Shown one piece after another: positions 24,948 through 32,000 of a DNA stretch of 32,000 nucleotides. This DNA comes from an uncultured Acidimicrobiia bacterium (GTDB lineage Bacteria; Actinomycetota; Acidimicrobiia; Acidimicrobiales; Ilumatobacteraceae): positions 37,322 to 69,321 of the forward strand of contig CAVWJT010000003.1 of the NCBI GenBank assembly GCA_963755235.1, read 5' to 3'. The position numbers and the translations under genes are program-made. Each line of letters starts with the position of its first letter. Position 1 is the stretch's first letter. The notes beneath the pieces are model-generated. The model did not search any database, was not told where the DNA came from, and worked only from the letters and a program-made list of their open reading frames with translations.

Positions 24948-25565
24948 TCACGAGCCCGCGATGCGTCGGCCGATGCTCGGGTAGTTGACCACGAGGCCAT
25001 CACCGTCGACCTCGATGTCTTCGACGAACGAGCCCGCCTGGAACCGGATCTGAGCCCCACCTCCGGCGACGGCCAGTCCGGACTCGTACTGCTGGGTCGC
25101 GGTCTGGACATCCAGGTCGGGAACGGCGACCCATGCCACCGTCAACTCGGTGCGCGGCCGCTCGCCGCGCCGCGCCGCTTCGATCAGGCCGCCCCGCAGC
25201 ACCGGCATCGTGTTCGTCAGCGGGCACAGGCCCAGGTCGCAGTCGAGGGCCCCGGTCAGCTCGGGGTGCTCCACGGCCGAGACGGTGGGCTCGCCGTCGC
25301 TGCCGCTCTCGACGCGCCGGGACGTCCAGCGGCCTTCGCCGCCACGTCGGAGCCCGAGCGTCCGCCACCAGCCGTCACCGTCGACGCGTACGTCGAGACG
25401 CTGCGTGACCCAGCCGGGTCCGGTGAGGAGCCGGTAGGTGAGCGCGTAGTCCGCAGTCGTGCTGGAGCCGTGCGCGGAGAGTCGATCCGGCCCCAGGACC
25501 ACGTGGGCCGCGTCGATGCGCTCGGGATCGGGGCCGACCCACGCGAGCAGTCGGTTACCAGTCAT
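24948..25565 (-). CDS. putative glycolipid-binding family protein (DUF1089-like)
   Basis: The ORF is 205 aa. 'LDCDLGLCPLTNTMPVLRGGL' and the overall pattern match the putative glycolipid-binding family. The start is ATG. Confidence 0.75.
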   Translation of the reverse strand: MTGNRLLAWVGPDPERIDAAHVVLGPDRLSAHGSSTTADYALTYRLLTGPGWVTQRLDVRVDGDGWWRTLGLRRGGEGRWTSRRVESGSDGEPTVSAVEHPELTGALDCDLGLCPLTNTMPVLRGGLIEAARRGERPRTELTVAWVAVPDLDVQTATQQYESGLAVAGGGAQIRFQAGSFVEDIEVDGDGLVVNYPSIGRRIAGS

Positions 25566-25614
25566 AGATTACGATGGTGCGCAGCAGCGGTCGATGCTGC
25601 AACCGTTCATCAGC

Positions 25615-25620
25615 TACACT
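25615..25620 (+). promoter_or_regulatory. candidate -10 hexamer TACACT placed for a leaderless transcript of the CGNR gene
   Basis: TACACT (TANNNT pattern) ends 7 nt before ATG 25628. It lies in the only locally AT-richer stretch of the divergent spacer. Confidence 0.25.
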
Positions 25621-25627
25621 GGTCGCG

Positions 25628-26178
25628 ATGGAGGCGAGCGCCGCGCCCGGCGAGCTCGAGCAGGTCCGCACGTTCCTCAACAGCTGGTGGATCCCGAACG
25701 ACACCCGCCAGCCGGTCGACGACCTCGCGCTGCTGGTGCCGATCCTGCACACTGGGCGCGGGCGCTTCCCGCGATCCCGCCGCCGCCCCGCTCCGGGGCC
25801 GCCTCGCTCCGCGCCCTGCGGGATCAGCTCCGGGGGGCGCTCGGCGCCACCCACCCGACGGTTCTGGCGGCCGTCGTCGACTCCCACCGTTGGCACGTCG
25901 AGCTCACGGCCGAGGACACGGCGCCGCCGATCCGGCTCCAGCCGCAGCGGCGGACGACGGCTGCGGCGCTCGTCGCGATCGTCGTCGGCGCCGTCGTGGC
26001 CGGGCAATGGCACCGCCTCCGGGCCTGTCCCGACTGCGGCTGGGTCTTCTACGACACGAGCCGCAACGCCCGCCGCACCTGGTGCTCGATGACCGCGGCG
26101 GGCGGAGCGCGCGGCTGCGGGAGCATCGCCAAGACCCGCGCCTACCGTGCTCGACGGGCGACCGCCCGCCGGGCATGA
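25628..26178 (+). pseudogene. CGNR zinc-finger (ABATE-domain) putative regulator, frameshifted
   Basis: The first frame reads 'MEASAAPGELEQVRTFLNSWWIPNDTRQPVDDLALLVP'. The second frame reads 'DPAHWARALP…WHRLRACPDCGWVFYDTSRNARRTWCSM…CGSIAKTRAYRARR', which is the CGNR finger. An apparent 1-nt deletion lies at about 25739-25742. The stop overlaps the decarboxylase ATG (ATGA). Confidence 0.75.
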
Positions 26179-27515
26179 GCCTGCACGGGTGGTCGGCTGA
26201 CCACGACGAACTCGCCCGCGGCATCACGGACCGGATCCGCGCCCACCTCGGTTCCACTCCCTCACTCGGTCGGACGCCCAGCCCGGCGGACGTCGCCGCG
26301 CTCGACGCGATCACGGCCGACGGCCTCGGGGTCGCCGCCGCCCTCGGCCTCGTCAGTGAGGTGCTGCTGCCCAACAACGTGGCGCTCGATCATCCCCAGT
26401 TCCTCGCCTACATCCCCGCGGCACCAGCCACCTCCGCCGCGCTGTTCGACGGCTTGGTCGGCGCGTGGTCGTTCTCGGGCGAGAGCTGGCAGGAGGCTGG
26501 TGCCGCGGTGGCCGCCGAGAACGCGGCCCTCGGGTGGCTCCGGGAACTGGCCGGCCTCCCGGAGGAGGCCGGCGGGTGCTTCGTGAACGGTGGCTCGGCC
26601 GGGAACCTTTCGGCGCTCGCCGTCGCCCGCGACGTCTGGCGCGCGGAGCACGGGTCGCGCGATCGAGCGTCCGTCGCGTGCGCCGCGTCGGCCCACTCGT
26701 CGGTGCGCATGGCGGCCGCGCTCCTCGACCTCGATGTCGTCGAGATCACCGGTGACGAGCGCGGCCGGCTCACCGGGGCGGCCCTGCGTGAAGGGCGGAT
26801 CGTCCACGATGAGGTGTGCGCGGTGGTCGCGAGCGCGGGCGCGACCAACACGGGTGCGGTGGACGAGCTGTCGGCGATCGCCGACGTCTGCGCCGATGCC
26901 GGGTTGTGGCTGCACGTCGATGCGGCGTACGGAGGTGCCGCGCTGTGCCTTCCCGAATGCGCCGAACTCTTCGCCGGTGTCGAACGCTGCGACTCGATCG
27001 TGATCGATCCGCACAAGTGGCTGTTCTCGCCGCTCGACTGTGCCGCCCTCCTCTACCGCCGGCCGGCGCTGGCGGCGCGGACCCACCGTCAGACGGCGGG
27101 CTACCTCGAGGCGTTCGGTGACGAGCAGGTCAACCCGTCCGATCTCGCGTTTCACCTCACCCGGCGCTCGCGCGGTCTGCCGTTCTGGTTCACCCTCGTC
27201 GTCCATGGCACCACCGCGATCGCCACCGCCGTCCGGACCGGGATCGACCACGCCCGACGGGCGGCCGAGATCGTCGAGGCGATCGGCGACCCGGTGCGTC
27301 TGCTCATGGAGCCGCAGCTCTCCGTCGTGTTGTTCGAGCGCGCCGGCTGGGACCGCGCCGACTGGTACCGCTGGGCGGAGCAGGCGCTGGCTGACCAGCT
27401 GGCCTTCGTCACGCCGACGACGTGGGACGGGCGTGTCGTGGGGCGATTGGTGTTCGTCCATCCCGACACCGACATGGATGCGGTTGCTCGACTTCTGAGG
27501 CGCCTGAGCGACTGA
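26175..27515 (+). CDS. PLP-dependent group II amino-acid decarboxylase
   Basis: The ORF is 447 aa from ATG 26175. It carries 'FVNGGSAGNLSALAVAR', 'GATNTGAVDEL…LWLHVDAAYGG' and the PLP-lysine motif 'SIVIDPHKWLFSPLDCAALLYR'. The 898-aa ORF upstream of this ATG is non-coding shadow. Confidence 0.85.
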   Translation: MSLHGWSADHDELARGITDRIRAHLGSTPSLGRTPSPADVAALDAITADGLGVAAALGLVSEVLLPNNVALDHPQFLAYIPAAPATSAALFDGLVGAWSFSGESWQEAGAAVAAENAALGWLRELAGLPEEAGGCFVNGGSAGNLSALAVARDVWRAEHGSRDRASVACAASAHSSVRMAAALLDLDVVEITGDERGRLTGAALREGRIVHDEVCAVVASAGATNTGAVDELSAIADVCADAGLWLHVDAAYGGAALCLPECAELFAGVERCDSIVIDPHKWLFSPLDCAALLYRRPALAARTHRQTAGYLEAFGDEQVNPSDLAFHLTRRSRGLPFWFTLVVHGTTAIATAVRTGIDHARRAAEIVEAIGDPVRLLMEPQLSVVLFERAGWDRADWYRWAEQALADQLAFVTPTTWDGRVVGRLVFVHPDTDMDAVARLLRRLSD

Positions 27516-27527
27516 ACCCCCCGTACC

Positions 27528-28758
27528 GTGGGTCAGATGTCATCGGTGCTGGAACTGGCCGGCTTCCGCCGGCTGTTCATCAGTGCCGCGATCGTCATCT
27601 TCGGTGTGATGGGCCAGGCTGTCGCCCGCGCCTGGTTGGCACGCGACCTCACGGACAGCAACGCCGGACTCGGCGGCGTCCTGCTCGTGTTCGGCGCGGC
27701 CCTGCTCCTCGCCACCCCGGCCGGTGGCGTGGCCGCCGATCGGTACTCGAAGCGGCGGGTGGTGCTGTACGCGGTGATCGCCCTGAGCGTCTCCTCCCTG
27801 GCCGTCGGAATCGCCGTCGAGGCCGACCTCATCGCGTACTGGATGCTGCTCGCCGCGTCGGCGGTCCAGGCGATCGCCTTTGCGTTCTACCTCCCGGCCC
27901 GCATCGCGTTCATCGCCGAGCTCGTCGCACCCGACCAGATCGGGGTCGCGGTCGTCGTCAGCCAAACGGCGCAGGAGGCGATGCGGGTGATCGCGCCGGC
28001 GCTCGCCGGCGTCCTGATCGGGGTGAGCTGGTTCGGTGTCGGCGGTGTGTTCCTGCTCGCGGGGGTGTCCAGTGCGGTGTCGGCGCTGTTCGTCGCCGGC
28101 CTGCCGTTGGGGGCGCCCCGAGTGGCGGCGACCCGATCGCCGGTGGAGGAGTTGGTGGACGCCTTCGGGTACGTGCGGTCGCGCCGGGAGCTCTCCCTCG
28201 TGGCGATGACGACCATCGGTGTCGTGGTGATCGGATACCCGTACCTCGTCTTTCTGCCCGCGCTCGCCGACGATCGCTTCGACGTCGGCGCGGGCGGCTA
28301 CGGCCTGATGGCCGGCGTGGCCGGATTCGGCGCGGTGATCGCCGGACTGATCACGCCGCGCCTCAACTGGGTGGTCGACGCGTCCATGGCGGGTGATCGG
28401 GCTGTCCGGCGGGGCGCTCGGAGTGGCGCTCGTCGCCCTCGGGTTCTCGTCGACGTACTGGCTGGCCCTGCTCGTCCTGCTCGCCGTGGGCGCGGCCGGG
28501 CTGGTGTTCCAGACCTCGACCCAGGCCCTGATGCTGTCGCTGTCCGACTTCCAGTACCACGGACGCATGCAGAGCATGGTGGTGCTGGGGTTCAGCGGCT
28601 TTGGTCTCGCCGCCCTGCCGCTCGGCCTGTTCGCCGACGCCACGTCGCTGCGGCTGACGCTGGTGGGCATGGGCCTCCTGGTGCTCACCGTCACTGGTGC
28701 GTTCGCCGTGACGCGTCGCCGGCACCGCAGCCAGCTCGTCGGCGTCGAGCCGGCCTGA
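27528..28758 (+). pseudogene. MFS transporter, frameshifted
   Basis: TM-rich sequence 'FRRLFISAAIVIFGVMGQ…GGVAADRYSKRRV' runs to 'ITPRLNWVVDASMA'. It then continues in the next frame ('VIGLSGGALGVALVALGF…' to TGA 28756-28758). An extra G lies in GCGGG at about 28389-28393. ATG 27537 is an alternative start. Confidence 0.8.
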
Positions 28759-28760
28759 TT

Positions 28761-28786
28761 AGGGCGTTTGTGACACAAACCGCCCT
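28761..28786. terminator. near-perfect palindrome between convergent MFS and SnoaL-like genes (bidirectional terminator candidate)
   Basis: The sequence is AGGGCGTTTGTGACACAAACCGCCCT. The arms pair with one bulged C, and the core TTTGTGACACAAA is AT-rich for this genome. Confidence 0.45.
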
Positions 28787-28791
28787 GCCTG

Positions 28792-29244
28792 TCAGGCGCT
28801 CCACTCGACGCCGGGGAACGTGGCGACCCAGTGCTCGGCGATGCGATCGTTCTCGATGCGCTGCACGAGGAGCCACGTGACGATCGAGAGCTCGCCGGTC
28901 TCCCGGTTGATGCCTTTGCTGGTCGCCCGCGTCCACACCCGGTCGCCGTTCACGGCCCGGTCGTTGATCACCGTCTCGGCGCGCGACATCACGCGTTGGA
29001 ACTCGGACAGCCGGCCCTTGTACGCGCGCAGGTCGGCGCGTTCGCTGCCGGTGCCGGTGTGGCGGGTGAACGGATCGGTGAAGATCTCGTCGATGGCGTC
29101 GAGGTTGCCGTCCCGCCACACCTCGTCCCACCACCGTTGACTGACGGCGACCAGACGGCTGTCCCCGGAGTCCCCCGACTCGTCCACGCCCGAGAGTGTA
29201 GGTGTCGGCGCGTTTGTGTCATCCTGACCGGCCATGAGCATCAC
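28792..29244 (-). CDS. SnoaL-like / ester-cyclase (NTF2-fold) family protein
   Basis: 'VSQRWWDEVWRDGNLDAIDEIFTDPFTRHTG…YKGRLSEFQRVMSRAE…NGDRVWTRATSKGINRETGE…RIAEHW' is typical of SnoaL-like cyclases. The start is uncertain (GTG 29244, ATG 29241 or 29235, or GTG 29187). Confidence 0.7.
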   Translation of the reverse strand: MMLMAGQDDTNAPTPTLSGVDESGDSGDSRLVAVSQRWWDEVWRDGNLDAIDEIFTDPFTRHTGTGSERADLRAYKGRLSEFQRVMSRAETVINDRAVNGDRVWTRATSKGINRETGELSIVTWLLVQRIENDRIAEHWVATFPGVEWSA

Positions 29245-30104
29245 ACTCGAAGGAACCGGGGTGTGGAACTCGGCGTTGCGCTACGGCGACGCGGGCGAGG
29301 TCGCCGAGGTGGTGGCCGAGCTCGAGCAGCTCGGCTACACGGCGGTGTGGGTCGGTGACATCGGCGGCGACCTGTTCGGCTCCGTCGCCGCGCTGCTGGC
29401 GGCCACGAAGACCGCGGTCGTCGCGACCGGCATCGCCAACATCTGGCTGCGCACACCGGAGGAGACCGCCCGTCAGCACGCCACGTTGAGCGCCGAGCAC
29501 GGCCGCCGCTTCCTCCTCGGGTTGGGGGTCAGCCACGCGCACCTGGTCGAGCGCGTCGCGGGGGAGGAGTACAAGCGACCGCTCGCGCGGATGCGGGCCT
29601 TCCTCGACGGCCTCGATGCCGCCGACGTCCCCGTGCCGGTCGACGAACGGCTGCTCGCCGCGCTCGGTCCGCAGGCTCTCGCCCTCGCCGGCGAACGGAC
29701 GGCAGGCACGCATCCCTACCTCACGACGCCGGAGCACTCGGCGACCGCGCGCGCCGCCCTCGGCGACGACGCCATCGTCGCTCCCGAGCAGGGACTGATC
29801 CTCGAAAGCGATCCGGACAAGGCGCGCGCCGATCGCGAGGGAGTTCCTGTCGCGATACATCGAGGCGCCCAACTACACCAACAACTGGCGGCGGCTCGGG
29901 TTCGGCGACGACGACCTCACCGACGGAGGGAGCGATCGCCTCGTCGACGCGCTCATCGCGTGGGGTGACGAGGAGGCGCTCGCGGCGCGGGTTCAGGCGC
30001 ACCGTGACGCCGGTGCCAGCCATGTCTGCGTGCAGGTGCTGACCGACCGCGCCCCGGCGTTCCCGCGTGAGGAATGGCGCCGCCTCGCCCCTGCGTTGAC
30101 ATAG
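29234..30104 (+). pseudogene. F420-dependent LLM-class (luciferase-like) oxidoreductase, frameshifted
   Basis: The first frame carries 'VAELEQLGYTAVWVGD…GIANIW…LLGLGVSHAHLV…THPYLTTPEH' up to 'DPDKARA'. The next frame reads 'IAREFLSRYIEAPNYTNNWRRLGF…SDRLVDALIAWGDEEALAARVQAHRDAGASHVCVQVL' to TAG 30102-30104. One extra G lies at about 29831. Confidence 0.8.
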
Positions 30105-30120
30105 CGCGAACGGGCTTCTG

Positions 30121-31797
30121 GTGACCTACGAGTTCGACCGCTTTCTGCGCTTCGACGAGCTGACCGCGTGGCTGCACGAGCTCGCCACCGCCCATCCCGA
30201 CCTCCTCGCCATCGAGTCGTACGGCCGCAGCCACGAAGGACGCGAGCTCTGGCTGGTCACGGTCACCGACAGTGCCACCGGTCCGCCGGACCACAAGCCG
30301 GCCCACTGGGTCGATGCGAGCATCCACGCCGGAGAGCTGACCGGCACCGTCGCCGCCTGCTACCTGCTCAACCATCTCGTCACCGGGTACACCGACGGCG
30401 ATCCGACGGTCCGCGAGGCGCTCGCCACCCGCACCTTCTACGTGGTGCCGCGCGTCAACCCCGACGGCGCCGAGTGGGCGCTCGCCGATCCCCCGCGGTT
30501 CCGCCGGTCGAGTACGCGACCGTGGCCGTGGCCGGACGGGCATCGCTGGCCGGGCGCGCACGCCGAGGACGTCGACGGCGACGGCCGCGTGCTGCAGATG
30601 CGGATCGAGGATCCTGACGGGTCCTGGATGCCGCACCCGGAGGACGCCCGGCTGCTGATCCCGATCCCGCCGTCGGGCCCGCCTCCCGGCACGACCCGCT
30701 ACCGCGTGCTGGACGAGGCAACGGTGGTCGACCACGACGGGTTCACCGTCCCGACTCCCCGCCCGCCCGAGGGCCTCGACCTCAACCGCAACTTCCCCGC
30801 CGGCTGGTCGTCGGTCGTCACTGGCGCCGGCGACCATCCGCTGTCCGAGCCGGAGATCGATGCCCTCGTGCGGGCCATCTGGGCCCGCCGAAACGTCTGC
30901 GGGTACAACGCGTTCCACACCGCCGGCGGTGTGCTGCTGCGGCCGTCGTCGACCCAGCCCGACTCCGCCCTGCCTCCGCTCGACCTGTGGGTGTGGAAGC
31001 AGCTCGGTGAGCAGGGCACGGGGCTCACCGGGTACCCCGTGCACTCGGTGCACGAGGACTTCACCTGGGACAAGGGCGACGTGATGAGCGGCGCGGCCGA
31101 CGACTGGGCCTACGAGCACTTCGGCGTGTTCTCCTGGACCACCGAGTTCTGGGACGCCGTGTTCGCCGCGACCGGCACCAAGCAATCGAGCGACTTCTGG
31201 TACTTCGGTCCGACGGATGCGCAGGCGCTGGCCGTGCTGCGCTGGGTGGACGAGCACGCCCCCGACCAGTTCGTCGACTGGTACCCGTTCGAGCACCCCC
31301 AACTCGGCCCGGTGGAGCTCGGCGGCTGGCACTACCTGGGCGTCTGGTCGAACCCGCCCCCGGCGCTCCTGCGGGCCGAGGTCGCGCCCCATGCGGCCTT
31401 CGCCGTCGCTCAAGCCCTCGCGTCGCCGTGCCTGCGGGTCCGCCATCACGAGGTCGTCGACCTCGGGGGCGGGAGCTGGCGGGTCGAGGTCGGCATCGCC
31501 AACACGGGCTGGCTGCCGACGTACGTATCAGCCCGGGCGAAGAAGCTGAACCTCGTCCTGCCCCTCGTCGCCGAGCTGGTGGGCGACGGCGCCACGGTCG
31601 TCGGCGGCCCGGCCCGGCTCCAGCTCGGCCAGTTGGAGGGGGCATCGGCGTCCCGCTTCACCTGGCCCAACGACGCATCCCAGGATCGTGTGCTCGCGTC
31701 GTGGACCGTGCAAGCCGAGCCTGGAACGACCGTGACGATCACCGTCAACCACGAACGAGCAGGTCGTCTGGAGGTCGAGCTCACCCTCCCCGCGTAG
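30121..31797 (+). CDS. M14-family zinc metallocarboxypeptidase
   Basis: The ORF is 558 aa. The zinc motif HxxE is in '[12 protein letters not shown]'. 'VVPRVNPDG', 'LDLNRNFP', 'AFHTAGG' and the catalytic-Glu context 'SWTTEFW' are all present. The start is GTG. Confidence 0.85.
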   Translation: MTYEFDRFLRFDELTAWLHELATAHPDLLAIESYGRSHEGRELWLVTVTDSATGPPDHKPAHWVDASIHAGELTGTVAACYLLNHLVTGYTDGDPTVREALATRTFYVVPRVNPDGAEWALADPPRFRRSSTRPWPWPDGHRWPGAHAEDVDGDGRVLQMRIEDPDGSWMPHPEDARLLIPIPPSGPPPGTTRYRVLDEATVVDHDGFTVPTPRPPEGLDLNRNFPAGWSSVVTGAGDHPLSEPEIDALVRAIWARRNVCGYNAFHTAGGVLLRPSSTQPDSALPPLDLWVWKQLGEQGTGLTGYPVHSVHEDFTWDKGDVMSGAADDWAYEHFGVFSWTTEFWDAVFAATGTKQSSDFWYFGPTDAQALAVLRWVDEHAPDQFVDWYPFEHPQLGPVELGGWHYLGVWSNPPPALLRAEVAPHAAFAVAQALASPCLRVRHHEVVDLGGGSWRVEVGIANTGWLPTYVSARAKKLNLVLPLVAELVGDGATVVGGPARLQLGQLEGASASRFTWPNDASQDRVLASWTVQAEPGTTVTITVNHERAGRLEVELTLPA

Positions 31798-31825
31798 AAC
31801 AGGGCCGCCGGTAGGATCGCGGCCC

Positions 31826-32000
31826 GTGCCGAGCCTCGCGTCAACCCCCCACGCCACGGCTGAGCTCGAGGACGAGGGAATCACCATCATCCGCGAGATC
31901 GCCGCCGAGTGCGCGCGCCCCGTGCTGCTGTTCTCCGGCGGCAAGGACTCGGTCGTCATGCTCCACCTCGCCCACCGGGCGTTCTGGCCGGCGCGGATCC
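31826..32000 (+). CDS. cysD: sulfate adenylyltransferase subunit 2 (5' part, runs off the window)
   Basis: From GTG 31826 it reads '…[40 protein letters not shown]'. This contains the PP-loop SGGKDS and the typical CysD N-terminus. Confidence 0.8.
   Translation, partial: MPSLASTPHATAELEDEGITIIREIAAECARPVLLFSGGKDSVVMLHLAHRAFWPARI

Noticed and set aside
24819-27515. An 898-aa plus-strand ORF that looks like one very large gene.
   Set aside because: Only the last 447 codons (from ATG 26175) have protein-family character, as a PLP decarboxylase. The upstream part runs antisense to the glycolipid-binding gene and out of frame through the CGNR gene, with Arg/Pro-rich shadow composition.
6900-30104. 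Programmed ribosomal frameshifting as an explanation for the split genes.
   Set aside because: The breaks occur in unrelated gene families. They lack shared slippery heptamers or downstream structures, and both +1 and -1 shifts are needed. Indel error or mutation is far more parsimonious.
1-32000. Defence, toxin-antitoxin, secretion or biosynthetic-cluster systems as the 'undescribed system'.
   Set aside because: Reading all frames on both strands revealed no nuclease/ATPase/methylase defence pairs and no small toxin-antitoxin couples. There are also no PKS/NRPS or RiPP-type precursors with modifying enzymes. The modules flagged in the findings are hypotheses from gene adjacency only.

Overview
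Very GC-rich, GC3-saturated chromosomal DNA of actinobacterial type. Long 'shadow' ORFs fill every frame, so calls rest on protein motifs, not ORF length.

**Gene content**
- The left end is the conserved rpsF-ssb-rpsR-rplI-dnaB cluster. dnaB carries two in-frame inteins, one in the Walker-A P-loop and one at the RESG|S site.
- The rest is about 30 mixed housekeeping and accessory genes:
  - VOC protein, Ser/Thr kinase, FMN-dependent 2-hydroxyacid dehydrogenase, YceI, and an AlkD-like repair protein.
  - A secreted vanadium-haloperoxidase/PAP2-like enzyme with a SAM methyltransferase and a divergent LuxR regulator.
  - PNPOx-like protein, tRNA-Gly(CCC), and long-form dCTP deaminase.
  - sigK-rskA followed by a cyclopropane-fatty-acyl synthase-like gene.
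  - A membrane HdrD-like Fe-S oxidoreductase behind a stand-alone cNMP-binding protein, then gpmA.
  - An Asp/Gly pentad-repeat miniprotein with a JmjC/cupin-4 gene and a sucrase/ferredoxin-like gene, and a glycolipid-binding-family protein.
  - A CGNR zinc-finger regulator, PLP decarboxylase and MFS transporter.
  - SnoaL-like protein, F420/LLM oxidoreductase, M14 carboxypeptidase, and the start of cysD.

**Main anomaly**
- At least nine genes can only be read as their conserved families by switching frame at single-nucleotide indels. The kinase needs about five switches.
- From sequence alone I cannot tell assembly indel errors from real gene decay.

**Other points**
- Five DnaA-box-like 9-mers lie upstream of dnaB.
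- Two 39-bp dyad-symmetric repeats are interleaved with duplicated copies of a gene's 3' end.
- There are strong hairpins between dcd and sigK, and S18 has a long acidic tail.

I found no CRISPR array, transposase, integrase, prophage, toxin-antitoxin pair or recognisable defence system, and no convincing novel multi-gene system.
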